From: Prorocentrum cordatum
Lineage: Eukaryota
DNA: 64,000 nt
NCBI GenBank assembly: GCA_963575745.1
Contig: CAUYUJ010000126.1
Coordinates: 310,001-374,000 of the forward strand
Reading direction: 5' to 3'
Shown here: positions 22,176 to 36,119 of the stretch, one piece after another
Numbering within the stretch: position 1 is the first letter of the stretch
How the letters are laid out: each line of letters starts with the position of its first letter
Program-made: the position numbers and the translations under genes
Notes under the pieces: generated by a model
What the model saw: only the letters and a program-made list of their open reading frames with translations
What the model was told of the DNA's origin: nothing
Database searches by the model: none

Positions 22176-25100
22176 CTTACAGCGTTCTATGCTAGCGTGG
22201 AAGCAGCGGCTACCTGGATGGATTGGGCGGCGGGGGAGACGGGGCCAGGGCGAGCGATGGGGCAGCCAGGAAGAGAGGGGGCGTTCAGGACACGGGAGAG
22301 GATGGCAAAACATCGAGGACAAGACCAGGAGTGGCCGAGAGCGTCACGATTAGAATCTAAACCAGTCGGCGTGCACCCGAGCAGGCACGCGCAACTCTTG
22401 TTGAAGCGTTCTTCCGTGGTCCAGCCACGGATGAGTAACTTGAGGACAGCGCCAGCGGTCACTGGCGTAGCCTTCAGGAGGACGGCCTGGACCTTTCGCC
22501 ACGGCCTGTTCGGGGCACGGGAGCCAGCTCGCCAGGCGAGCAACAACGACGTCAACCAGAAGATCGGGAAACCGATTGCCCAGCAAGGCCGCGGCGAGGG
22601 TGCCCTGAATTCGGATCCTAGGAAGCCTGGGGGTACCTGGTCCGTCTTGGGGCTGCGGCGGGGGGGAGGGAGGGCAGCGATCGCAACGGCAGTCGGACGA
22701 GAGAAGAGATACCACGAGGCAGCGAGGGAAATGACCAAATCCGTCCCGAGGGGTCGCGGAAACTTCTCGGCGGCAACCTCGAGGAATTCGGCGAAGGACG
22801 GCTGGCGCCGGAAATCAGGAGACAGCTGGCCTCGCAGCGCTCTGCAGGATGGGAGAGCATCTTCGGCGGCAGCTCTGAGCAGCGGAAGCATGTCGCGCCG
22901 ACCGAGGATGGCGTGGAGGCGAAAGCGGGCGAGAGCAGCGGTTGTAGAGACGAGCAGACCAGGGAAGTGGGGACCATTCCAGCGCCAGAAGTTAAACCGG
23001 CCCCCGCGGGGGATGGCGCAGTGGGCTGCGTGCCGCAGCCGAGCCAGCACGGCTGCCTCTTGGGGCGGGGCATCACTGGGCATGGGCATGAATTGCGCAA
23101 CGTAGCTGAGCACAGACATGACGCGGGTACTGCAATTGAGCGCCATCACTTGATGCGGAGAGACACTCAGGGCGAGAAGTTGACAACGCTGCTGCCACTT
23201 GCGCATCGGAGCGGGCCAGCATTCAAGAAGAACTAGCGGGCCCAACCACATTCCGAGGTACGCGAGCGACGGGGCGACCATGACATTCTGCCATTCCGGA
23301 ATGTTCAAAGACAGCCACGATCGGCACTCTGCTGCCAGCTCGTCACTGAATGCGCCTGCCAAACGAACAATGTGGCACTTGGCCACCTTCAATGCCAGTG
23401 CAGCAACTCGTTCAGCAACTCTGAAGACACGCCCCATGACCTTCAGCGTGGAAATGGAGGCGACGGCGGCGCCGACGTCGCCATCGCAGGCGCGGACTAT
23501 GCGAAACTTCGCGGCGCCCGCCGAGCGGGCGAAATCCCTCATCAAAGGGTCCGCGGCAACGGCGAACAGGAAGCCCGAGGCCAGGCGGCCCTGGACTACG
23601 CCGATCATGATCGCGAAGAGCAGGAAGGACTGGTGGAGGTCACCAAAGTAGCACGTGGCGTTATCGAACGAAGATTCACATAACTGCATTAGAGCGAGCG
23701 GCATGCCCGCGTGGCGTAGGACGAGAAACATCCACTAATGGGCCAAGCTCGGGAAGGCCCGCTAGAAGTCATAGCTCAAATGGCTCGGCACGTTCATGGC
23801 GGCGGACGGCCGCGTCGAATCTGCCCGAGCGCGGGCGTCGACCTCGACGACGTCGCTGGCGAAACTGCGGGGCGGCGCGAACCCGCGTTGGATCTCATGA
23901 GTGATCTTCGGGAGCTCTCGGGATGATTGCCTAGAATGGGCGCGCCAGCCATCGTCTTATCATCGGTATTCTTGAGGCCTGGCGGGCACAGGTTATCGGG
24001 TGCTCTCGCGCGCCCGCGGGGGGCGCCCGCCTGCTCGGGGCCCTCGAGGGCAAATGTGCCCGGCATCTCGTTATTGGAGCACCCCGCGGCGCAACCGTTG
24101 AGCTGCCGCCGCATAGCGTCCAAGAGGATGGGGGCCGAAAGCGCGGAGGCGCGATGAGCTCCGTGAGTTAGCCCGCCGGGGCCAGGGCCAGTGGGAGAGG
24201 CGACGGCGGAAATGTCCAGTGTCCTGGCGGGTCGGCGGTCGGGCGCCCGCGGCGTCGAGCTCGGGGCGGCGCTCGCCGAGGCGCACTGCGGCAGCGCGGG
24301 CATCGATCTTCTTTTCCTGACAGGGGGGCCAATGCGCAGCGATAGTGGCGTTTATGGGGCATCTCGAGAAGAAGCGGCTGACCCGACTCTGCGTCGTACC
24401 ACCGCGCGCGGCATCTGGCGGTCGAAGGGCGCCCGCGCTTTGGCGCCCGCGCTTTGGCGCGGTGGGTCAGGCGCCGCGGCCGCTTGCGAATCTGAGCGCG
24501 CGAGGCCGTCGACGCACCGGCACTCTCGGCTGCGCCCAACTCAGCTCGGAGCGATCATCTGCTCCTGAGCGTCTTCGAATGGAAGCTCGCCCAGCCGGCG
24601 CGCATAGGCCCCCAGGCCCCTGGGCGCGAGCCTGGAGGGGGGGGGGTCGAGGTACATGCGTGCCATGTGATGTAGGTGAAGACGTATTGCTAAACTATGA
24701 TGGCGTCGCCATGCTGTGCTCGCAATAGAACGAAGTCAGATGAGCCGGGCCTGGGGGGAGGGCGGCTCGGAGACCAGGATGGCGCCTCTAGCGCATCTGC
24801 TGATCTGGCACCCTCTCAGAGCACGCGCTCGAATAAATCCAGGGTAATATAAGAGGGGGCGCTCGTGTCGATCGTCGGCCACGTCGTTCCCGCGTATTTC
24901 GCGGCGTGGGGGCCCTGGAAGAGGCGCCTAAGAATCGGGCGTTCGTCGGCGGCGGGGGGGGGCGATTGCGGAGGGCGGCCAGGGCGGGGGCGTGGTCGGA
25001 TATGCGTCGCTGCCCCAGGGTCTCGCGGAGCTTTCGGACCTCTGCCACAGTGTGGAAAGAAGCAAGAATCCACCCAGGACAGGACATGAAGATCCCATCT

Positions 25101-26920
25101 ATCGCCGATGCGCGGTCCCTGGAACCCTTCGCTTTGCACGTGCTCGCTGGTGTCCAACTCAACCATCTGCCGAAGAAGACGCGCCAATGGCGATCGCTGC
25201 AGTCGCCACCGCTCTGGCAAAGCAGCGTCTGGCGCGCCGTCGAGTTGGGGGGCGATCGCCTATTGGGGGCCCGCCCGGGATCTTGGAATCGCCGGGTCGT
25301 GCTCGGGGCCCTGAACAGCTTTCAACAGCTCCGCCTGCGCATGTCCCAAGAGAAGCCGCGCTTGCTGTCCCGCGATCCCATGGATCCCATAGTGATAGAT
25401 GTTCTAGTGGGAGGTGGTGGTGGGGGTCTGATCAAGGCTGTTCAGGGCCGTGCGTGAGTTGAACGTAGAATGAAGCGCTCGACCGCGAACCAATACCTTG
25501 CGAGTTGCGGAAGCAACGGACCCCGGGAAGATAATGAGGCTTCGGGAAGAGCGCGACCACGCCACCCTTGTTGCTGCATGGGGAAGGAAAACGAGAAGGC
25601 CGAGTACTGCGCCCCAGAGAAGCGCAGGACATTAGGAACGCAAAACTACGACCATGCGCTTCCTGAGCAAAACAATAACCCGAAACCCTCAACGCATTGC
25701 TTGCAGGTAGTTTTGTTTCATGGTCCGCACTCAGACCCCAGAGGAAATAGCGCGCGGGCGCTCAGGATGCTGAGCGCCATCTCGGGGAGCGGCTTGCCCC
25801 CGGTAAGTCCAAACCAAGTGGTACACCAGCCCGCTGCGGCGGCGCCGCTCTCAAGGGTGCGGTTGACCATCGGCTCGAGCTCGCCTCGAGAGGGGCCCAG
25901 CGCTGAGAGGTTGATCTCCTCGTGCTCAACTGGCGGCTTCTCGCCCATGCTCGGAGCGGTGCGAACCAATGGTTTCCACGCTGCGCTGCTGACGCCAGCC
26001 GCCCTGTCAGCGAAGAGTTCGGCGTTGGGCCGCGCCTCTGACATGATTTCGCGAGTGTGCTTCGTGCTGAGCTCGCGGCGGATCTGGAACACGCTCTTGT
26101 CCTCCGACATGGAGAGGTCCGACCGCGCGCCCGTGGCCGTCGAAGCTGCCAGCCTCCCGAGCTCGCTGTTCGGCAGGCGCACGCTGCCCGGGGCCTGTGA
26201 GGCCTGGCGGGCTGCCCAGCCTGCCGCGCCTCGCATGCGCACCACTCAACCTTTGCCGCACTTTGCTACCTTCGAGCCTGCACGATCCCTCCTCGAAGTT
26301 GCCGTCCTGCAGTAGCAGGAGCAGCGCGTCCATCACGGACTTCTTGGCGGCCAGCCGCTGGGAGCGGACCGCGATGATGTTCGGGTCCGCCCTGCGCGAG
26401 CAGGCTCCACCCTGCTGCGCGGCGGGCTGGGGGTCGGCCGACTGCATGATGCCGAGGGCCGTCTTGAGCTCGGAAATCTCCGTCGACATGAATTCCATGC
26501 GGGAAGAAATAATAGCCGTGTCGCCTCTTGCTTCAAATGGCGCCTCTCGACCTTGTTGTTGAGCGAACCGAAGTTCTTGTCGACGGACCGCTGGAGGGTG
26601 CCACAGGCCTCCTGCTGGTTGCAGTGCTAACGGTGCCCTATGGTCCGACGCCTGCGAACTGCAGGGCGTCCCCACGTCGACGAAACCAAGGCTAACAGCA
26701 TGCACGCGATCAAGGCCATGCACGAGGGTGCCAGGGAAAAACCGTCGGATGAGCAAAACGCCTCGACCTGCTCCTCAAAGAAATGGTAGCCGTTGGTCGT
26801 CTTGCCTTTGCCGTTGGGCCTGCCACACTTGCCTTCAGTGACGCGAGGGTACTTTTGATCAGATGCGCCATCGGCGGGACGATCTGCGGACGCCGAGGAT
26901 GCTGCATCCTCGGGCATGAG
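22173..26920 (-). mobile_element. Decayed LINE retrotransposon (LINE-2): ORF1-like, APE and RT remnants
   Basis: Minus-strand fragments occur in the correct order. ORF1-like, coiled-coil-like: EFMSTEISELKTAL (~26460-26500). APE-like: LSILSARALF (~25750), FAQEAHG (~25660), GGVVAL, IDGIFMS (~25090), ISDHAP (~24990). RT-like: PPGLKNTDDK (~23960), YDF*RAFPSLAH*WMF (~23730-23775), GVVQGRLASGFLFAVAADP, ACDGDVG, KCHIV, YLGMWLG. The 5' boundary is uncertain. Confidence 0.8.
22187..23775 (-). pseudogene. Reverse transcriptase (domains 3-7) and C-terminal region of LINE-2, inactivated
   Basis: The QG motif and YLG motif are present. The catalytic xADD is mutated to CDGD and there are in-frame stops in domain 3. 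A C-terminal C-x3-C...H-x2-C motif reads CLLGC...GHSWSCP. Confidence 0.82.
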
Positions 26921-28948
26921 CCGAGAGGCAACATGCGCAGACGACTGTGTTGAGAGCGGGCTGTCTCTGACCTGGGAGAGGAACGAACAAAACCCACGGC
27001 CACACGATGGTTCACCGTGGGGATCGTGCGAGAAAACTTGTTGTGGGCGGGCACGCCTCGGGCAAAACCCTTGGCAGCACACGAGCACGAAGCCGCAGGA
27101 CGACGGTTTCGTACTCGAGGCAAGCCACCCCGGGGGCTCCCGGGAGGCAGGGCAAACCGAGATGGGGGAAGGGAACAGGACTCCAGCTGCTCCCCTCCTG
27201 GCACAAGAGGGGAGGGGAGGGATAGGGAACCCACAAAGAACGTTCGCGCCCAATCACGTACATGAATACGGCCCCCCAGTCCACGAAACCAGCCTGGTGA
27301 TACGACCGTGCGCACAATGCTTACTGTCGAAGTCAACGAAGATTCATGTACGTGTACATACTGCTTTCGTTCCTGAAAGGAGGGACCCTGACATCCTGGC
27401 GTTGCATTTTTTCACAACGGCCGGTGTCGCCCAATTCCGGGCCGCGGGACATTCCCTCACTGATCGACCAGGCTCGAAAGACATGACGTAGAACAATTGG
27501 GTCTGGGGCTCTGGTCGTGTTTTGTTTGCGATGTTGAAGTGTGCTCCAACATCTGGTCTCAGGGGAGCGAGGGAGGCGCGAATCAGGGAGCTCCTGCGGC
27601 AGCGCTGCACGGCGTGCGAACACTTGCATCTACTCAGGCCGTGCCGCACGGGAAATCAACAGCATACAGCCGCCCCTCGTGCAGTCGCGAGGAACGCTGA
27701 GTGATCAGGAACGGAAGGGCGCTCCTGACCACGGCGAGCCTCGGCCGCGAAGAGGCCCCCCGAGCAACGCGCAAGGAAGGGGGAGCCCCTCCTGGGCCCG
27801 AGGTGCAGCGTCCAGCTGGCATGTGATCGTCCCTCCAGCGCCGAGCGGTTGGGCCCGTGCTACTTCGGTCCAGAGAAGGGAGACTGGGCACGCCCGAGAT
27901 GGGTACGTGAAGACAGGTACGACGCCCAACAGCAGGTCTTGTCCCCAACCGACGGCAGCCGGTAATGGGCAGGCACCCTTTGCCTCCGATGGACAGCTTC
28001 CGCGGCGACACCGACAGTGAGCCAGGATCAGAAAGGACAGAAACTGCTGTCGGTCTTCGTCCTCTTTTGGCAAGGTCTCGGGCTGCGCAGAGACAAGCCA
28101 GACCCCCACGGGCAGTCCCAGCTGGCCTCAACAGGCCCCCGAGTAGAGTCGGGGCGTTGACCTAAGGAACCCTAAATAAGGAACGAGGCCCCTTTTTTCC
28201 ATAAGTGAAACTTCGATTTCCGATCGAAAACATAAGTAAACTTGAAGAAAGCTGTGAAACACTTAAGGAACGCGGAGCCCCTCCCCAGCCAAAAGGGTTC
28301 CTTCTTCAGGGCCCCGACTGTAGTCCCAGCTGACCTTCACAGGCCCCCCGAGCAGCCCGAAGCGGACTGCCCCGGGGGGCTGACGAGGCCAGCCCTGGGA
28401 CATCCTGGGGGGTGGCTGCCTGTGCGTCGCCTGACGCCCCACCACTCATGCTTTCTGTAATTACCCGTCTCGATCGTGTCGAGGGGAGGAAGCCCCCGGG
28501 GAAGCAGCCCCCGCAGAGCACCCGCCACAAGCCCTTCGCACGCTCCGCCGACGACCACTGTTGAACCGGCCCCTCTCCCCATGGGTGTGGCCTGGTCCCC
28601 ACCGGCGGATGTACCCCCCCTACCCCCCCGGCCGGGGATACAGGCCGCTTCCTTTTGGTTTCGAGGGGTACATCCCAAGCTGGGGTGCTGAGATGGCGGG
28701 GCTCTGGATGGAGATTGGGAGAGGAGTCGGTCAAGCGATGCTGAGCCGAGGCCCGGGCGCGTGCTGGATGGACAGCCACGTGGCCGCGAGGGACGACGGC
28801 CTGCCCGTGCCCCGCTCCTGGCGGCGGGGTGCGGGCGCTGGCGGCGGCCGCGCGCGTCGCGGTCGCAGCCCCGTGGGGCGCCACCTTGTTGGGGCAATCC
28901 GTCGCGGCGGTTCAGAGATGGGGCCCTGAGGGACGGGGACCTTTAGCG

Positions 28949-29104
28949 GCGCGCAAAAGGGGGTAGGGGGAGGGAGAAGGCTTCTTCGAAACAGGCTGCT
29001 TTGAAGGAGGCGCTGGCCTTACATCTACAGATAAGACCCGCGCGTTCTAAGAAGCAGCCTCCTTCTAAGAAGCTTTCCCCCCTCCCCCTACCCCCTCTCC
29101 GCGT
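28949..29104. mobile_element. ~155-bp foldback/palindromic element (family E, copy 1)
   Basis: aagggggtagggggaggg.gaaggcttctt... pairs with ...ttctaagaagctttccccc.tccccctaccccct. Another copy is at 34203-34374 and a partial core at ~11863-11942. Confidence 0.8.
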
Positions 29105-30584
29105 GGCCGAGGCCTAAGGATGGGAAGGAATCCAAGGGTAGATTTACACTGTTCGAGGCGCCTCGCCCTGAGGGCTTCGTCCTCAAGACCCCGTCTCTGA
29201 ACCACAGACAGTTTGGCAGCCCCCCCCTCTGGTTGCGCTGCGCCCGGCCACGCTCAGGCCGGCGACCAGGGGGGGTGAGAAGAAGAGAAGCGGTGGGAAG
29301 GAGATCTAACGATGGCACCCTTGCGGCAGAAGCCCCAAGGGGGGGCCACCATGGGAGGCCAGGTGGGAGGTCGACTTCGGGGGCCCGCTGGGCGTTAGAA
29401 GACTTCTCCGCCACCGTGCCCCAAGGCATGAGCTGGAGTGTCCTCAGGGCAGTCGAAGCCTCCGCCCTCAGACCTGAGGACTTCTGGTGAGGGGCCCACT
29501 GTGGGCCGCCCACAACCCCGAACTCAGCGCGCTCTGGGCGCTCTGCACCCTGACCCGTGACGCTCTTGGAGCCCAGAGGGCCCCAAGACGCCCCAAGACG
29601 GTCCAAGGAGGGCCCGGCCCTCCTCCGCCGCCCGTCCTTCTGAATCACGAATTCCCGGTCGCACCCCGGGGCCCGTCGGAAGGGCGGGCCGGGCTCTTCG
29701 CCCGAGGCTTCCTTACCACGTGTGAGCCTGAAGCTTCAAAACTGGCAGCAGCTTCGCAGATGGAGGGCGGGTCGCTTCCAAGATGTGGCTCTCGCTGTAG
29801 CGCCGCGCACACTCGTCTGAAACAATATTGTCAGAATTTCACCGATTGAGGGCGGATGGTTTTCAAAACGTGGCCCTCGCATTAGCGCCACGCCTCCTGC
29901 GCGGGACTCGATTCACCTCCTGCGCCTGCCTGCATCGGAAGACTACACCCTCGAGCACCCCACTCCCGTGGCTTCTGCGCAGCGGTGCGGAAAGGCCTCC
30001 GGGCCCTCGACCGCGCGATCCGTGACCTGTTCTGCGCCGCGGGCCGCGGCCGCCCCAGGCGCGGAGGGAGGCGAGGAAAGATGTCTACCGCGCTCTGCCG
30101 CAACGGCACTGGAGACCTGCGCCCATCCTGTGGAAGGTCGGGGCCAGGACGGGGATCGACCTCAACGGCGTGTGTCGTGCTCGTTCAATGTTCGTTCTCC
30201 ATTGCTTTGTGTTCGCCCCGCCTGTGTTGCAAGACGAGATCGAAACGAAAGCGGTCCACGAGATTGTCCAAACTAGACAAGCACGCTCCGCTAAACCGAA
30301 AAGTAGCTGCTTGCGAGTGGCCTGGATCCGCCGCGAGGAATTTGCAATGCACTACACCGGGGCAAACGAATGGTTTTCAGACGTTCGCGAGGAGGCACTT
30401 CGCGAGTAGTGGCACATAGTGGAACGCGATCGGTGACAAACAACGTTTTGGTCGAGCCCCGGGCAGGGGGCTGCCCCCGAACGCGTCCTGACGCCTGGTG
30501 CCGAGGCGAGCCCCGCCGGGGCGACGGGGCCGCCCCGGGAGGCAGCACATGCAGGCAAGACGCGTCGATGACCCCCCACCCCTT

Positions 30585-31460
<876 letters not shown>

Positions 31461-31976
31461 TCCTCGGAAGACGGGCAGTCGCTTGACGGCTTGCCGCCTG
31501 AGAGCAAACGAGAACACGACCCAGCGTCCATGCCACCGTCCGCCGCCGGCCCCGCTGCTGGCGACGCCTGGTGTCTGGAGCGGAGGCCAGAAAAAGAAAG
31601 GTTCCCCATAAATGCTGGAGGTTGCCGGGCCGAGGGCCGCCTCTGGCAACACCCGATCGCGGCCCAGCCCCCCCCCCCCCCTGAGCATCGTGCAACTGAT
31701 CCCTACCCGCCCTGGCCGAAACAGGTGCGCGTACGCGCTGTTCCCTTCTGGTCTCGCGGGGCCTACAGTAGGAGCCCGACCACAAGGAACCTTCCACAAG
31801 AAACCCAACCCTGAGACCCAGGACGTCCATTGTTTTTAAGTGTGGGAACGTCACGCTGTCCATAGCAAAACCATCGAAACCCAAGAAACCCTGGCCTGGA
31901 GGCAGGCAAGGTGCTTCTTGGCATGGGTCCCCACCGTATCCCAACCTGGGCCGGGTGGCCTGGTGGTCGGGGGTCC

Positions 31977-32190
31977 TCTGACCCGGGTCAATCCAGACCC
32001 GGGTCAGTCAGGCCTTGCAGAATCCTGCAAAATCCTGCAAGATCCTGCACCCAAACCCGGGTCAATGCGAAGGACCCTGCAAGATCCTGCAGGATCCTGC
32101 ACCCAAACCCGGGTCAATGCCTGGCCCTGCAGGATTCTGCAAGGTCGGGGCGCTCTGGCTGACCCCCGTTTGCGTTGACCCCCGTCTCAA
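31977..32190 (+). repeat. Dispersed repeat family B copy with internal gatcctgca/acccgggtca repeats
   Basis: Shares motifs with ~4767-4925 and ~5340-5435. Confidence 0.7.
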
Positions 32191-34169
32191 GGCTCCCGAG
32201 GTGGGACCGAGATGCCTTGGCCCGGTGGGGATGGGGATCGGCTAGACGATGCTGACCCCCGTGGCCCCGCCCCTCCCGCGACGCCGGGGTGGGCCGGGCC
32301 TAGAGCGGGCCGGCCTCCCAGCCCCTCGGGGCTAGCCGTGAGCACAGGAGGCAGCCGGCAAGCTGGGGCGGAGCGGCCGTCGGGAGGGGAGAGCGCTTCC
32401 AAGCTGAGCAGCCTTGCCTGCCTCGGACTGGACGTCTCCACTTTGTTCTCCAGGGGGGTACGAGCATCTTGGGCCAGAATGGTCCGGAGGGAAATGAGGA
32501 GGAAGGAGCGGCGGGGGGGGGAACCCCGAGCGTGGCCCAGCCGTGCGAGGCCATGGGGCTCCTTCTCGCAGAGCATCTTGACATTGGTCAGCACCAGGGG
32601 GTAGTTCAACTGCCGGCGTGCGCGAAGGAGGCCGTGGGGTGGTGCAGGCCCCCACCATGCTGAAAAAATCAGGACGGCGGGATGTTCCTCCGACGCCCGT
32701 CTCGGGCCCCAGGGACCAGCAATGGACCACCCACCGCAGCGCGACGTCCATGCGAAAGATGGGGTCCGGAGCTACAGGGCCACTCTCCAGTACGATGCGT
32801 AGTAGACGGTCCCGCCCAGCTTGTGTTGAAACCTGGGTGGCTCAGTGGGGGCGCCACGGGAGGGCCCGATATGTTCAGAGACGGCCCCTAAGACGGCCCA
32901 ACAACGTCCCCTAAGGCTTCAAAAAAAGACCCCCCACGACGGGCAGGCCTCCCGGACGGAAAAACGGCGCCTGAGGAGGACCCTCCAGAGGCCGCCAAGA
33001 GGCAAACAACATTGATTCTCCGCTCGTTTGGGCCCAGATCTCGGAGAGCCGAAGCCGAGGCCCGAGCCCGACAGCTGGGCCTCTGCAGGCTCGGTTGCAG
33101 TGGGCACCCCATCCTCGCAAGATGCTTGGAGAGAGCGTCGGGCAACCACAGTGGACTCAATTTTGTCGTCCTCCCCAGTGGAGGACCGGGGGAAGGGGGA
33201 GGGCGTGCCTGGGACAAATACAGGCATCGCGCTACCACGAGGAACGCCGAAGGAGGAACGAAAGGCTCATTCTCGCCATGGCGAGCCACGGCCACGAATA
33301 GATTATCCGACTTATATCCAAGACATTGCCCGCAAACCAGACCCCCTCTTGAGCCCGAAGTGATCCTTACGTCAGCGCATTGGCTGTGATTGTCCTCCCC
33401 CTTGGAAGATGGGGGGGAAGGGGAGGGCGTGCCTGGGACAAAAAATGCGGCCAGACTTGACATTCCAAGCACCGATCTTCTCCACAAGCATCGCGCCCCT
33501 GCGACGAACTTCCAAAGTAATTGCAGACAGCAACAACAGAGGAACCAACATGTTTTGAAACAGATGTGGCCCCGAACAAGGAAAAGCCAAGGAATAGCCT
33601 CTCCTTGGCAGGCCAAGGGCTGAGAGGAGGCCGCGGCACGCGAACAGCAAGAGTCGGGGAGACGGAAGACTCGCGCACGAGGGACGCGGGTGGGTCCGAC
33701 GGGGCCATCATAAAAACGACGAGGCCCAATCTGAAATCTGACGCGAGCTCCCGCGGCAAGCGTCCTGCGAAAAACGGGACCGCCAGAACCCAGGAGGCGC
33801 TCGTCAAGAGACGCCGGCGAACCCGAGCCTTGCCCTTCCTCGAGCCTCACGCTTCCCCGAGGGAGGGCCGACACGCGGCGCGGCACGGTGTGCGGGGGGG
33901 GCCCAGAGAGTCGGGGATGGACAGACCTCCCTTTAGCAAAACGTGGTCTAGTGAGAACGACCTGAGGCCCAAACCTGGCGGGCGAAAGCCTGGAAAACAA
34001 CGGCCGCGGCGCCCTCTCGAGAACCGAAAACGGACAATTCACTGTGGGGGGTTCTGTCCACCCCCGAGAGAGGCGGCGGGCGCCGCGCCAGGAAGAAGGG
34101 AGAGGGGTACTCCACAGCCAGCGGGTTCTTGGCGGCCCTGGCGCGGCCGCGCGTCGCACGCATGGGGCT

Positions 34170-34502
34170 AGGTCGGGCGTGTCCTCCCACGGCAGATTTT
34201 GTTGGCGGCGCGCACAAGGGGGTAGGGGGAGGGGGGAAGGCTTCTTAGAAGGAGGCTGCTTCTTAGAAGGCGCCGGCCTTACATCTACAAAGAAGAAGGC
34301 CCGCGCCTTCTAAGAAGCAGGGGTGCTTCTAAGAAGCCTTCCCCCCTCCCCCTACCCCCTTCTGCGCGTGGCCAGTTTTGGGCGAAAATGGAGGACACCC
34401 CAAGAATGTAAAGAACAACTCAAAAATATGCAACACATCGTCCCCCGTCGATTCGTTCAAACTATGTTTGAATGTCTTCCTGTAGAGAGACAGGCCCGAC
34501 TT
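34170..34502. mobile_element. Putative MITE family A copy 2, containing a nested foldback element
   Basis: Left end aggtcgggcgtgtcc and right end aaactatgtttgaatgtcttcctgtagagagacaggcccgactt match the ends of 2501-2873. Confidence 0.6.
34203..34374. mobile_element. ~170-bp near-perfect palindrome (family E, copy 2)
   Basis: aagggggtagggggaggggggaaggcttcttagaag and cttctaagaagccttcccccctccccctacccctt are reverse complements. An inner arm gcttcttagaaggcgc.ggcctt / aaggcc.gcgccttctaagaagc also pairs. Confidence 0.88.
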
Positions 34503-35727
34503 CAGCATAGGGCCGGGCGAAGGTACAGAAGAAGAAAGCACAACACCTGCAGAAGTTTTCGGAGCCCCGCGCGGATTCATTGGATTGGCGCTGGGCCCCC
34601 CTGGCGGTGCCTCCGGCGCCGCCCCCGGCGCGCTCCGCCGGTCCGGGAGGGGGGTCTAGCGCCGATCCAAGGAATCCGCGCAGAGCTCCAGAGGTTTCTG
34701 TGTATGCCGCTGTCCTCCTTCGAGACAGGGGGGTAGTTACCGGAGAGAGGGCTAGCGAAGCAGCACCCGCGGCTGGTTCTCCCTGCGCCTCCTGGCGCCA
34801 GAAGCGCCAATGCCTCAAGGAGGACGGCCCGAAACCGGCTGCACGCAGCAGAGTTCGTCACTGGATCGATGGCTGGCGGGCCTGGTGTCCGAGAGCAGCC
34901 ACCCGACGCCGAAAGCGACGAAGGATCTCCCCCATTCCGAGCCTGCTGCCCTCCCCCGACGTACACCACTCCACTCTCCGCCCCCCCCCACCCTCATCCA
35001 GGCCCTACCCGCCGCAACAGCGTGATTGGCAACGATATAGGACGGGGACTGGCCCAGGAAGGGAAACATCGACCAAACATCGGCGGTACGTCACCGACAG
35101 ATCGGCGACAGGACGCCGATGGCGAGCCCGCACGGGGGGCGCATCAAGCCCCCATCGGCGATCAATGGGCGGTTGGTGCCCGATGCACCGGTGGTTTTCG
35201 GGCCACGACTCGGGTCTGAGGCGGCCGTTCGGAACGCTCTGGGCACCCTTGGAACGCTCTTGGCGAGGCGCAGCCGCAAGAGAGCACCCAGAGGCTGGAA
35301 AGCCGCCGGGGACTGACGAAAACCACCGAAGACCTCGAACCTCGAAGCTGCCTCCCCCCCCGAGGCCGAAAAACCGCCGAGAACCGACGAACCGTCCCAA
35401 ACCCTTGAACCTCGAACCCCCTGAGCTGCTCGGCGGCGAGCCCAGGGGGGGGAATGCAGAGGGGGACGGCTCGAAAGGCTCATCTGGTACCTTTTCTACG
35501 CCTTCTCTCGAGACAGAGACAGGCAGCTTCCCAGAAAGCCAGAGGGCTCCTGAAAAGCGCCACCGCCTTCCGAGAAGGCCTGCCGACCTGAGCCTGTCTC
35601 CCCCCGGATGTGGCCCCGGATAGCGCCGACCTGAGCCAGTCCCAGGAGCGCTGAGCACGGCTACGTTCCTCAAGCGAGAAGGCAACCCAGCGACAACGAC
35701 GAGACTCGTTCACGACAAGGGGGGCGC

Positions 35728-35842
35728 AGGCGGGGGGCGAAAGCGGGAGGCGAAAGCGGGAGATAAAAGCGGGAGGCGAAAAGCGGGAGGCGACAAGCGG
35801 GAGGCGAAAGCAGCGGGAGGCGAAAGGCGGGAGGCGAAAGCG
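35728..35842 (+). repeat. ~13-bp tandem repeat (gcgggaggcgaaa)n
   Basis: About 8 visible copies. Confidence 0.85.
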
Positions 35843-36119
35843 CTGTTCCGTCCCTCCCCCCCGGACGTCGCCCCCGATCCCCGCCGCGGGAGCGGCCTGC
35901 CGATGCCCGGCAGACCGAGCGCCTGCTGCGCCATCGCCAGTGGCCCCGCGCGCGCGCCGCGCGCCGCGCGCCGCACACGAAGTAGGCTCGCGGCGCGCTG
36001 CGGCGCTGCGGCGCGCGAGCTGATCGGGTCGCCCCGCGACGAGCCCGGAGATCCGACGCCCCAAAATTAGCCTGGCGAAGGGCCCAACCATCGTCGTTGT
36101 ATGCAGCGCCGCAGGAGGG

